Source: Eukaryota sp. GEM-RC1 (Eukaryota). From it: 64,000 nucleotides of DNA. A program made the translations under genes and the position numbers. The stretch is taken from contig JAUFOQ010000002.1 of assembly GCA_040285855.1 (NCBI GenBank), positions 1,488,001 through 1,552,000 of the forward strand. Direction: 5' to 3'. Each line of letters begins with the position of its first letter. The first letter of the stretch is position 1. The notes beneath the pieces were generated by a model that was not told the DNA's origin, did not search any database, and saw only the letters and a program-made list of their open reading frames with translations. Positions 1 to 12,109 of this stretch are shown piece by piece.

Positions 1-278
1 AACACGTGTTAGATGTTTGAGATGAAATCTTCAACAAACAAACTTCAGTGATAGTGAATGTCATTAATATCTTAGATTATTTAAAATAATGGTGAAATAT
101 ACAGTAACATGTTCAAAATTGTCTCGGTTTAACTTATTGGCTGACGTCGTTCAATCAATCAATCAAATCATCGATCACTAAACCAATCATCGACGTGACG
201 GTAGAAAACTGAATACGAAAGCGTCAGTTGCAAGTGGAAAACGCAAACATCAATAGAAAAAAGCAATATTATCAGTGA

Positions 279-1363
279 TTACCCTACTAATTGACTTAAA
301 ACAGTTGGTCTAGAAACTTTAGTTCGACCTAGAAACTGTAAGGAACTTGTCCTTGAAGAAACTGATGACGTCTGCAGCTTCGAAACTGACTTTGTTCGGT
401 CCATTCCACTTACTAACTGAGCATTGCACTTATCAACGAACTTCTGAAGATCAGGAAATGGAGAATGCAGGGAATAGTCTAGATAAACTGATTGACATGA
501 GCAGTCAACGTGACTATTGGAAACTTTCAGACATTGGCACAAACTGTTGAAGCCTTTGGTGTGAAAGCGAACTGAAACAATTCTAGGATGATTTTGGGGT
601 AATTGAAGGGGTTTTCGAAAAGAGTTAGACTTAGACCACAAAGCAACAGAGCAATGGGGAAGATCGTCAAGTGTAGAAAAAGGTCGTAATTTGTTCAAAA
701 AATGAACATTTTTTGAAATAATACTTGAAGAATTGACAGGAGTTGTTCAGTTACGAAGAGAGAAAGATCTAAAGAATTCACCAGGAATATCATCAACGGT
801 TCATATCCAACTGACTCAACATCGAACAGCACAGTATGTTGAGGGTGACTAGAGAGAATTTCTTTTACAAGAGGAAACACGTCCTGTTGCAAGTCAGGCA
901 TGGGCTTTAAACGTGAAGCTAGTTGGTTATCTATGATAAGTTCGGTTAAGGGACTTTTTATGATATTGAGGTGACTGTAGAGAGAAGAGTCAAGAAAACG
1001 GAAGTAACACGTGACAAGAATTGTTTCATCACTGTAGAAACAGAACATGAGAGAACCAGGGCTGTGGTTGCTATCAAAAGCATGAACAGAAAAGTTGGAG
1101 TCAAGTTGAAGTTGTTCTTGAGAGTTGAGAATAGAAATGCGGGAAGAAGGAACATTATTCAGCTGTTGTAGTAGGTTTGCACAAGTAGTAGAACAAAAGA
1201 TAGTACCGGTGTAAGATTCGATGTGCTTTATGTTGTCAGAAGCATAATTGGAGAGAAACCTGTATCGAAAATGAGGAAGAGGAGTCCAATAGTCAATAGA
1301 AACACTGATATTGGGGAGCAGAAGCATATTAAATAGATACTTATCGTCGAGATTCCAATACAA
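279..1363 (-). CDS. SNM1/Apollo/Artemis-family metallo-beta-lactamase/beta-CASP protein with degenerate metal motifs; split by a 1-nt frameshift near 697
   Basis: SIDYW, FLSNYASDN (position of FLSHxHxDH), GTIFCSTTCANLL, FDSNHSPGSLMFCF (ANHCPGS motif), LVTCYFRF (position of LYTGDFR), LIID, ESVGYE. ORFs 695-1363 and 279-698 abut in A/T homopolymers. Confidence 0.7.
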
Positions 1364-1426
1364 GCATACCAGAAGGAAAGGCTTGTTAAAAGAAAGTTTA
1401 TTTTATGAGGGTAAAAAATACATGTA

Positions 1427-2277
1427 CAGTAAACTCTCTCTAATTGCAACCTCTGTAATTTAAAACTCTCTGAAATTGCAACAAAAACCCATGCCACTGA
1501 GTAAAACAATACCAAATTGAAAATTGAAACACTGTTTGAGACCTAATTGAAACATTGAAGTCAACGTTATGCAGTATTCTGGGTGTCTATAGCTAGCTGC
1601 CATATATTGATGTTAGTGTGGAGAAAGTGGAAGACGTTGTTGTTTTTCATAAATCCTACTGTACTCCTCTGGTTTTTCCCATCATCAACTTCAATATACC
1701 GTACACAGTACTGAACATCAACCAAAAGTCAAATACAAAAGCATGTTCGTCAATATTTTGAAGACGATGAAAACACAGAAACTGTAACAGCAGAATCTTT
1801 CCCCAAAAAAAGAACTGAATCATTGTATGAGAATTTTCTCCAATTGTGTTCAAATACATTAGTTTAATGACCTCTCTGCTCTAAATCAAGTGATGATAGA
1901 TCTTCCAGTAGTACTGGGGGAAAAGAGGGAGAATCATTGGTTCATTATTTTGTCAACCTTACGAAATATCGAGGAAACACTTTCTATGTACCATTGTATA
2001 ATTAGTACTATCGATATGAAGTAAGAGTCTTTTTTAAAACGGGGATGATTGATTTGAGTCAAGCTAATAACATTTGTTTAAGTCCGAGCATTCATGGTGG
2101 TTGTTTTGTGGATCAGACTTGCTAATTTGCTCTTGCAGACTAATTAATAAAATATTTGTTGTTCTGGAATAAATGTGGATGTTGTATTTAGTTTAGGGTA
2201 GATTTATAGGAATTCTCTGTAATAGAAACGCAACTCAATTCACCGAGACGTTATAATTAGAGAGAGAGAGTTTACTG
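1427..2277. mobile_element. Non-autonomous Tc1/mariner (pogo/Tigger-like) element
   Basis: TIRs CAGTAAACTCTCTCTAATT / AATTAGAGAGAGAGAGTTTACTG, flanked by TA at 1425-1426 and 2278-2279. A possible decayed DDE remnant lies near 1890-1940 (-). Confidence 0.8.
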
Positions 2278-2311
2278 TAAATGTAATGATAAAAGCTATG
2301 AAACACTAGAC

Positions 2312-2899
2312 CATGGAACGCAGATGTTCCGTACGGCGGCAATTTTAGGCGTACCGTACCGTATGTACGGTACAAGTACCTGTACTGTTCTTTTGACTAA
2401 AATAGATTTTATTACTATTTTGAACATGGTGATCCAATGTGAGATTTTAACAGTTACAATTGTCATAAATTCTATCGATAATCAATGCTCAGAGTATCAA
2501 AATCGTGATTGTCACACATGTTCAAATTTAGGGTACGTCATTTGCTGACCACCACTTCCCCAAAATGCCACTTTTACGTAAGAAGCTCAGCAATCGTTCG
2601 CAATCAACAATAGTAGTAGCTTCTTCGAATTGCAATGTACTTATTGAGTGTCTACGACGGAATACAACAATGATAAAGGGCCCAAAAACCCACAGATTGG
2701 ATTTCTAAACGATCAGATGATGCATTAGCAATTTGCACTAGTACTGTGTTTGACTAGTGAATGAAACTCCACTCAAAAATCAGTATTTGTAAATCCATTT
2801 CGATCAGTCATAAATAGGCTTTGTATAAAATCAAATGACATCAGTACGGATAAAATAAATCGGTACGTACAGATCCGTACCAAAGATTTGCGCACATTG
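2312..2899 (-). mobile_element. hAT-type MITE, GTACG/CGTAC-subterminal family (copy 1)
   Basis: Reverse-complement homolog of 28012-28555 along its length; clustered cgtac/gtacg motifs at both ends; TSD only partly retained. Confidence 0.75.
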
Positions 2900-3250
2900 G
2901 TAGACACAGAAAATTCCTGGTCAACACTACCACAGTTTTTATGCAACTCTGTGAAAACTGATTTAATTACCTTATGCATCAAACCGCTTGTATTTTTTCC
3001 TTCATACTCACAGATTTCTTTAACAAATTTCTGGTTTAGATATATGTATAACCACTGGAATTGCTCACAGATTTAAATTACTGGTTAAACGAAAGACCAT
3101 AATTATGAAAAGATCCCAAGTTTTCAAATGACGGGAACTCTAACAAACAGGTCTGTATTGCAAGAGTAACTAAAGTTCTAGAAAACAATGACACAATGAA
3201 GTTTCTCTCGATTTTTACGCCAATTAGAGACTAACTTAGCCTCAGGGAGA
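2900..3250 (-). pseudogene. 3' remnant of a CRE-like (RLE) non-LTR retrotransposon
   Basis: HKVIKSVFTELHKNCGSVDQEFSVS matches 60140-60337 (PKFFKSIFTKLYKNCGTLDQEFAVSSVS), which resembles the C-terminus of the RLE ORF at 48161-48745. Confidence 0.6.
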
Positions 3251-3351
3251 GCTTGATTTAGTGTATAAACAACCTTTCAATCAAATCAATTTATTTAAAT
3301 AAATTACAAAATAATGTTACAAATAATAGATAAACATAAAATAGATAAACA

Positions 3352-3987
3352 TTAGAAGGCTCGCTTACTGCACAACTTCTTAGTAGCAGTACCAAAGGTA
3401 GATCCTGTACAATCATGGAAAAGTGGGATAAAGCCAGTATAACCAGGTGGAATACCAGATGTCGATTCCTTCTCATACTCTAGATCTAGAGTGTGGTCTG
3501 GGATAGGCTTGTTGAGGACTTCAACTTGTTCTGCACATTCTTCTACTATTCTTCTGTTACTTTTGCCATACATGTAATTCTTCTTCGCAATGTGTCCAGT
3601 ATAATGAGGAATGCTAAGTTTGTCCTTTAACTTACAATCAGTTTGTGAAGTGCAGAGTAATTGAGGAGATGGTTCATGAACAGAGGTACGATCGATTCTT
3701 TTGGACATTCTGGTGCAGTTGTCAAAAGAAGCCATGTTTCGAACAGTCTTGCGACATTCGTTTGCTGACGCAGAGTAACTGTGAGCGTAAGTATCACGCA
3801 ACCCTGAAATGAAACCAGTGTAGTTCGGTATTAGTTCATTGTCAAAGATGCGATTGTTGTGTTCAATTGAAGAGTCCTTCTCTGGGACCTTGATCTCCTT
3901 TTCACAGGGAATATAACCACAATAGCCAGCAATGGTGGCTTTCTCCTCTACAGAGGGCTCATTGAAAGGAAGGAGAGGAAGTGACAT
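3352..3987 (-). CDS. FAM166/CIMIP2-like ciliary microtubule inner protein
   Basis: Four repeats IAGYCGYIP, IPNYTGFIS, IPHYTGHIA, PPGYTGFIP, followed by G[KS][ST][YF]-type motifs. Confidence 0.7.
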   Translation of the reverse strand: MSLPLLPFNEPSVEEKATIAGYCGYIPCEKEIKVPEKDSSIEHNNRIFDNELIPNYTGFISGLRDTYAHSYSASANECRKTVRNMASFDNCTRMSKRIDRTSVHEPSPQLLCTSQTDCKLKDKLSIPHYTGHIAKKNYMYGKSNRRIVEECAEQVEVLNKPIPDHTLDLEYEKESTSGIPPGYTGFIPLFHDCTGSTFGTATKKLCSKRAF

Positions 3988-6922
3988 CCGGTATTAGTGT
4001 AGAAAGTTGAAAGGAACAAAAATATCACCGCCATTTATACAATTTCATAGTTTGTAGGAAGGTTACCTTATTGGGTGCCGAATAAACATGTTGCTGTTTA
4101 TGCAGTTCTCCCAAAACAATAATGCTTTTCCAATATTGCAATCAGTATTGCTCCAATATTTATTTCTGCTCTTTGAGTTGCAGCAATATTTATTGTTACA
4201 CCGGTTAATTATTGCTCTATTGAATATTGCCAATGTACTTTGAGTCGTTGATTTGCTTCACCAATTGGGCTTACAACACCAGTTTTGCAGGTTTATGTGT
4301 TTAACTACAGTGAGAGTTGATTTATCGGTGATAACTTCTAGTTGTATTGTCATTATGTCTGTCATTTGAGCTTTTACGGAAGTACAATGTAAATTTTTTC
4401 CTCTGAAGTAATTTTCTCTTAAGCCCTCCAGTCTTGAAATGCCAATAATGAGCAAAGAAAACCGTGATTTTTGGGATGAAGCTACTGTAAGACATATCAT
4501 AAGCAGCACAATATTCGAAGATGTAGACAATGGTATTGAGATTATTGCCGATGTTTCCAATGATGATGGACAGAAGAATATGTTGTTTTTTGTGATTAAT
4601 ACATAATATGATACATACTGATGCAACACTGAGTTATTGCAACACTGGTTGAAGATATATTGTATGTACTGGCTTCATTTGAGAATTGCAATATTAATTT
4701 TGTGGCTAAAATAAGTTTATATTTATTGAAATATTGTTTTCACATCCCTGTTCTACACAGGGCTGTGTAAATATTAATTTCCCCGTAAATTGGTCAACGA
4801 ATTAGGAACTTGATGTAATCGTTGGTGATATCTTTAGTGATTCAGATTTAGAGTTGATCTTTGAAAATGACTTACTTTGTCAGTAAAATTTCTGACGAAA
4901 ATTGTTCAAAAGACTATTGTACCCAATTGAGTGTGTCTTACTTTTTTTATACCGGCTAAGTTGCTAAATGGAAACCTATTTTGAATCATTATTATTACTA
5001 ATTTAATACTTCAACTTGATCTTTAATTGGAATTTGAGCTATATCCACTTATTTGCTCTAACTTAAAGTCTACAGAAACCATAGTTTTTTTCGTGGTGGC
5101 GGAGAACCAGTTTGCATCTGGCCTTTAAGTCACATAACATACACGCAGCTGATTATCAGTTCCAGTTGATTGATTTAGTGCTGTATGTATGTTCTCCAGG
5201 AGTAGGCGAATCACAATGATTTTAAACGTTGCTGCCCATGACTTCATGACAAATTAGCATCTTTTTTCATGACAAACGCACCATCTTTTGCCGTTCAACA
5301 AGATGGCTTTTCAGCATATTTGAAATTAAATTAATAGTCACAGCTGATATAGTAACATAGAGGTGTGCATGTTGTTTGCAGGGCGTCTCATAAATAAATA
5401 TAAATTTCATTTGTTTCAGTTTTATTGCAATAATTAGGTCTTGCTAATAAGGTAACACAACAAGCAACAAGCAATATCATCAGGATCTCTTTTGCCTACA
5501 TATAGGAGGACAGAAATCTTCTCTCCCTTATAGTCGCCTTAAAAAAATGGAGCATTGAAAAGCACTTTTCGATTTCCATAATTCCTTTCATTTCGATTGA
5601 ATTTCAAAACATTGTCAAAGCTCTGTGAAAGACAGTAAGAAGAGCGACAAATCTCTCAAACAGAGAAAGTGTTTTGCAGTAGCCCCCTATATTGTTGATA
5701 TCTTTTATTTATCTTTTGTTGGCAACTTCGATAAATATATTGTCTATATCTTATCTATTTATCGACTATTGAACTATGAATCGATTAATATATCTTCCAT
5801 AATTGAATGTCATGCAATTAAAATATGAGAGATATCTATAATAATCAAACTACCTTTTACCATGCTTAACGCATTTCCACGCAACATGCGTATCTATGTG
5901 CTCAGCTTTTGGAGGGGTTGGTTCAGAATTATCTAGCATGAAGTAGAAGTTGGCAACCTTGGCCTAACCTAGATCCTCAAGGTCTTTTCTGGACAACTCA
6001 TGAGTCAAATGGAATTGTGCAGCAGCAAACAATTTCTCCAACCTCTTTATCAGTCTTTACTCCAATTTTCAATACACCGATTGCTTTAATTAGTCTCACT
6101 ACAAAATAGTCTTAGTGAGACTAATTCCAATATAAGAGTTTCAATTTTGACCTCCTAAGTATGAACTACTTTTGTTGTTTTTAACGAGAAGGATGCAACA
6201 AAAATACAAATGATTGAATGATCTTATACAGTTAGAAGCACTTATATACTGATAAGATCCATTTAAAACCCTACTTGAAGATATGATTCCCCTCTGAACA
6301 CTCTAAATCATTGTTTCTAGCTTAATTCACAACTTCAAGGCCAAGAGCATCTTCCAAGACTCAAATGGAGTTGATACTGTAGTTTGACATGAATATAAGT
6401 TGACATTTGATCTTCAAGAAATCGTGAAGAAACAAAGATGCATCAAGGCAGAGTCATTTTGTTAAAGAGGTTGGTAACTAAAATTAGAGAGAATGTTTTT
6501 CAAAGAAAAATGATGACATGCATTTAGGGATTTAGTGTGACTAGTGCAAGTGCGAAATACTTAGCCATTACTCTCACTAGAAATTAGTCTCAGCGAGACT
6601 AATTCCGATATGTGAACAGTGAAAGTGACGTGTTTCTGTGAAATGACTCACTGAAACCAGAAAAATTGTCGATTTTGTCTCCATACAATTGTCTGTATTT
6701 ATCGCAATTTATCGGAATATTGTTGATTACAGTCGACAAATATACCTTTCACAATTTTCCAGTCGATAAGATGTCGATAAGTAGAACCGTTATCGAACCA
6801 AAAATTTTAACGAACCACACTCCTACCCTATAGGTAGCGTCTTGGTTTTTGTTCACTGTTTCTGCTATGTAAACTATCTACTCCAAAAAAAAAGTTCAGG
6901 GAAGGGAAGAATTCAAATTTAA

Positions 6923-7449
6923 ATGTACATTTTCTCCAACATGTTAGATAAAGGCTGGTACCCCTTCTTAACCAATAGATCTCATGAATACGTGACACAG
7001 GCGCTGGAGGATCGGCAGATAACCCTCAATCAAGGAAAACCATTGTATCTCGTTTTTACCAATATCTCGTTCATTGCTTCTCTTCTTCAGTTCCAGGAGT
7101 TAGGTGAGTTTGTTACTGAGAGAATGACACAAGGGTTGGGAAACTTTGAGGATAACAATTTTATATTGGACTCAAAAACTTCGTTTCCAAAATTGTGGAT
7201 AATTGTCCAAAAGACGTATCTGTTTCGTATCGTCACACCTCTGTTAAATTGAATTCTGTTTTGTTGATTAGTTTTTCAGAAGTGTTTCAGAATGTATTTA
7301 CTTCAGAATTTGCTGACTTAGCAAACAAATGTTTTGAATATTCTAATGAATTGCCGGGTATATCTGAAGATGTTTTTGGTCTATTTTTTGGTCTTTTTCA
7401 CTACCAAAACTGCGTTGAACTAGATATTTCAAATGTTTTGCATTTTTGA
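6923..7449 (+). pseudogene. BTB/POZ-domain protein fragments
   Basis: DVSVSY..VKLNSVLLISFSEVFQNVF...GISEDVFGLFFGLFH..VELDISNV fits the BTB pattern; frameshifted and truncated. Confidence 0.55.
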
Positions 7450-7478
7450 GATTTTAACTGTTCTTCTTTAGCTACTGG

Positions 7479-9922
7479 ACATGTTGTAATATAATGGCCA
7501 GACTGGCCACAATTAGAACAACACCTAGAAGTCTAAGTACTAGTAATTTATTGGTCATATTGGAATATTCTATTTAAAATACCTGATAAGCGGTCATTTG
7601 TTGCCTTAATCACAAAGTTCCTCGACCTGTCATTATAGTAAACGACTAACTGTTTGGCGCCATTGGATGCTAATTCCAATTTAATCCAAACGTATTCGGA
7701 TACTTTTGGGTCATAATCGATGGGCATATAAACTCTTGATCGACCTAACCAGTTTAAAAAAATATTATTTTGTTTGCAAACATAATATCTTTTACCATCC
7801 TCCGATAAGAAATCCAACATCATTGTTCTTTTAACTGTAGCGTGTCCTGCAGCAACAGCTTCTAGCCCCCAAATTCTCCCCCCTTAGTGCAATTTAGAAC
7901 CATGCTACACTGTGGATCGAAAAATTGACCTAAGTAAATGACTGCACGTTCAAGAACACGAAGCAGTAACAAGCATTTGTCTGAGTTTCCAACAGTGTCC
8001 AAACCATGTTCATCAAAGTAAATCAGAATTTTGAAATTTTGTTTGACTGATGTGATTGGCTGCTGTCCAAGAGATTCGCGAAAGTTTTTGTTCTTCTGGG
8101 ATTGAATTTTTGCAGCACGTGTACCTTTTGCTTTTGTTAGATGTGTAGTGAATCTACATGGATCTCCGGTTGTGGAAATTTCAGTCGAGGACATTCCACA
8201 ATAAAATTCGTTGGCTGGTCTCCCAACATAAATGTAATAGCGTCGACCATCTTCTGCCACGTCGAGATCATCCCAAATTTCGTTAGCCTTTTTTAAATTT
8301 CTTTTGGCTACGGCATCAACAAAGGACCAGCAATCCAATGTTTCGATCCATTTCTGGACTACAAACCGATATATTGAATCAAATTTCTTCGGACCATCGG
8401 TAACAAATACACTGGAAACATCAAAAGCATCCACAGCACTGAGCAGATCATACATTCGTATCATCTTGGTTATGTCATTTTGTTCATTTAAATCTTTGCC
8501 TGCTGTAAAAGAAGAAGAGATGATTGAATAATGGTTTTCTTCATCATTCTTTGTTAGAAGATAAGCCAGAACACGCTGATATACATCTGCGTCATCTGTT
8601 GACAAGAAAGATGACTCAAAGCAAGTTTTCTTCCTAGTAGGTTTACTCACAGATGGTGACCTTCTTTTTGAGAGAGTAGGTTCATTCTCTTTAACAGATA
8701 GTGGTGGCTGAGGTAGAGTGATGGATTGTCGTAAAGAGACAGCATCAGATTTGATGGACGAAATGATGGGTTGAACTTCGATTTCAAACAATCTTAAGTC
8801 TTCAGAGTTTTTGAAAGTGATCTCAATCCTGTCATCACCAGGGACATACACACAGTCACAAAATTGAAATAAAAAAGTTTCATCTGAGAACATTGAGTGT
8901 GTGCTGATACGAATGGAATTATTCAATACGTCAATGGATTTGATCTCTTCATAACAAATTGACAGGCTCATCTGTTTGTTCATGATGGATTCATGAGAAA
9001 GGTTTGTGATCGAGATACTAAAAGGGCCAAAATCAATAAAGGAAGCTCTTAGGGTAGATTTGGTGAATAGCACTTCGTCGATTTCAAATGAAAATATCCG
9101 TCTTTGTTCTCCTTGGGTGGAATTCCATCCATTAAGAAAGATTCGGATTTGTGATAGATTCTGCACTAAATCAAGTTGTGTAATATTGTCAGCAGATAAA
9201 CCAACTTCATTAAGGTCATAATCAGAGAGGATCGCATCTTTCATCACAGCACGAGCACGAACAAAAAAGAGAACCAGAAAGGATTGGTATAAGAAGGTAG
9301 GTGATGTATTCAAAGTTGCCATCAAAATTTTGAAATTGTAATCAGGTAATTGCATGTAAGAACCATTGGCCAAAACAGAGATGAGCTCAATCAAGTGGTG
9401 GTTCACAATGTCTGTTAACCTCTTTTCAACAACACATTGATCATCTATGTTGTCAGATATAACAGTAAACAAATTCAACATGAAAGATTTGTCTAGGAAC
9501 CGTTTCTTAGATGCTGATGACCCCGTAGAAAGAGATAACACAAGTAGTTGCTTAATAAGTACAAATAACTTAGCAAATGTCAAGCGGTTGACATTTGCCA
9601 GGCACAGAGTAATTGTTTGGCAACAAAGACTGACAAATTTTCGGTTCGTTCCAAGTTTTCTGAGTTTTGTTTCTTGGAAGAGTGCCTTTGCTACTGCACA
9701 AAGACTGTCAAACTTGTCAAGATTATGTGTTTCTTCAATGTTATCAACCAAAGGTTGAGCTAGCCTGCAAAAAGTAACAGGTAGATCCATCATTGAGGTA
9801 TCACGGAAGGATGATAGTTGGTCGGAAAAGTTCGATGTCATCGTTTGAAGACAGAAACTGATTAGCAGGCAAACAACTTCAAGTTCCCTTTCATAAGATT
9901 CATCAGTATCCCTTATACTCAT
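7479..9922 (-). pseudogene. Chimeric ORF: SYCP2-like ARM/PH N-terminal region, GIY-YIG-like nuclease, CCHC zinc knuckle
   Basis: RIFLNGWNSTQGEQRRIFSF...FIDFG resembles the SYCP2 N-terminal domain. YYIYVG..EFYCGMS..RFTTHL..ERAVI..LNCTKGG is GIY-YIG-like. A G-run frameshift near 7866 joins ORF 7548-7823, and CSNCGQSGHYITTC (7479-7520) follows in frame after two stops. Confidence 0.45.
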
Positions 9923-10911
9923 ATCACCTCATCAACCCTGATATACATCAAACTCTTCCCAGTTGTTTACCAATGTCTCCTGAATCCAAATTCTATACTG
10001 TTTTGGCTAACATGGACTTTATCCAATTGAAGAACCTGTACATAATCTTCTCCGTTGGACCGTGAACAAACTCAAAGAAAATCTTGGACTGTCCGAAGAC
10101 ACCTCTTCCTCGCTCACCTTCAGATCCACCTCTCGTCGTACAGCTGTTCCTTCGTTGTGAAATCTGTTGTCTCTTCCTGTCAAGTACTACGATCTTCGCA
10201 ACTTCGCTAAAGCGGCTCTTTACTCTGAAGTCTGTTGTTGATACATCTGATGGGAAGGAATCACAAGTCTATCGTCTAATACTATTTTAAATATGTTTTT
10301 TCGTGGAAGGGCTTACGATTGAGCAGATCAAACTAATAAATTTATGGTCAAAAAAACCTAATACGATAATTTAGGAGAGGATAGAATCCTCACTACCTTA
10401 AATAACTTAAATAGTAACGGAGGATTTCACCTGTTGATATCACAATACAAAATCTATCCTCCAACGGTAAATCAGCATGTTTCTTTACCTTTCGTTCAAA
10501 AAAATCCTAAGTGACTCCACATAGATGCTTTTTGTGCTGATGTTAGGTTGGAAGAGTAACATACTTGTTTGGTGATCGCACCCAGCGACCCCACATTGAT
10601 ACTTCTTAATGGGTTTCACCACCAACATGGGGCAAACTTCCCGATGGCTATCAAGGCGGCCTTTAGAAAAAAGGTGCCTGTACAACCTTCACACACCCAG
10701 CGTAATGATGGAATGTGTACAGGCAAATGTAACTTCAGTTCACTTGGACACCGAAATTTCTAAGGTTAGAGTTTGCTGCACATACTTGTGTGCAATGAGG
10801 ACATGCATGCACTTTAGGTCTTGGATACACTTTAGGTCTTGTCATGAAGGAAGCCGGCAAAATTTCTATTGGATTGTTGCCTACTACTTACTGTGCTTTT
10901 CACCCTGAATT

Positions 10912-12081
10912 TAGGGCTGTCAATTTCTCCCATTTCTCCCAACTCCCACCCAACTCCCATCTCCCATGACCCTTGGGAGTGGGAGTGGGAGCTTCAGTAG
11001 CAATTTTTGGGAGTGGGAGTGGGAGTGGAGCTCTCCGTTGGGAGGTGGGAACTCCCAAAATCTCCCATCTCCCATTTACAGACACAACTCTAACTTCAAT
11101 TTAAAACAGAAACAAGCTAGCTAGACAAATACAGTTATAATTTTTCTAGAATATTAATAGGACTAGGTGTATTACATTTTTACTGTCTTTGTTTTGTTTT
11201 ATTTATTTTCGTTTTATAAAGAGCGTGGTTGTTTATCTGTAAATTTCAACCAATGTCATCGCTTGATTTATCTGAAGATCCTGAAAACTCTGGTCTGTTT
11301 AAACATCCTGATTTTATTGAATTTGTTTCCTCTCTTTCAGTTTCAAAATTCCAAAAAGAACCACGATAAGAAATGATATGTTGAATGTTTATGAGTCATT
11401 TAAAGGATACTTGATAGATAAATTCAAAAATGTGTGTAATTCTTCTAAAGTATCTATTAGGATTGATAGATGGACATCGAATACAAACAAGCATTTTAAT
11501 GGGGTAACAGTTCACTGTATTGAAGACTGGAATTTAAACATTTACAATGTACGTCCACGGTTTTAAGCACCTGAAAGAAAACCACACTGCCATCAACATT
11601 GCCGATGCTGTGGAAGAAATTATTACTGAATTTGGTTTAAAATACAAAATGTGTTGTGTTTCAACAGGTATTCACGACTATCCGCATACATTGTATGCTA
11701 AGAACTTTATGACAACACAAGCCTCATCAGTTCCAAGTGAACAGTTATTTTCTCAGGCAGGGTGTGTTGTTACGAAGTTACGAGCTTCCTTGAGTAGTGA
11801 TTCTATTGAAGTAGTCCTTTGTTTGAAATCATGGTTCAAAGGTCGGGAGATGAGAGAGTTGTTCATGAATCAGAGATAGAGTTAGTGATTGTTATGTTTA
11901 TAAAGTAAAGTGTCATTGTACTAGAAGATACAAAAATGGGAGTTGGGTGGGAGTTGGGAGAATTTGTTGGGAGTGGGAGTGGGAGTGGGAGTCTCACCTA
12001 TGACAAGTGGGAGGTGGGAGTGGTAGTGGGAGAACACGTGTTGGGAGTGGGACTAGGAGAAACTCCCATCTCCCAGCCCTA
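10912..12081 (+). mobile_element. Internally deleted hAT transposon
   Basis: TIR TAGGGCTG/CAGCCCTA; 8-bp TSD CCTGAATT (10904-10911, 12082-12089); GGGAGT subterminal repeats; transposase remnants IDRWTS, HTAINI, ASSVPSEQLFSQAG. Confidence 0.92.
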
Positions 12082-12109
12082 CCTGAATTGCATATTTCAC
12101 AACTTTCTT

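Noticed and set aside
4103..5240. Further CAATA-family MITEs (ends ..CATCCCTG at 4750; CAGGGCTG at 4758)
   Set aside because: Likely real remnants, but I could not pair TIRs with matching TSDs, so boundaries are unsupported.
7521..7550. Alternative genetic code (TAA/TAG read as Gln), suggested by in-frame stops
   Set aside because: Conserved host genes (USP5-like, NPL4, FAM166-like) end at TAA and long ORFs have no internal TAR codons; the stops are better explained as decay.
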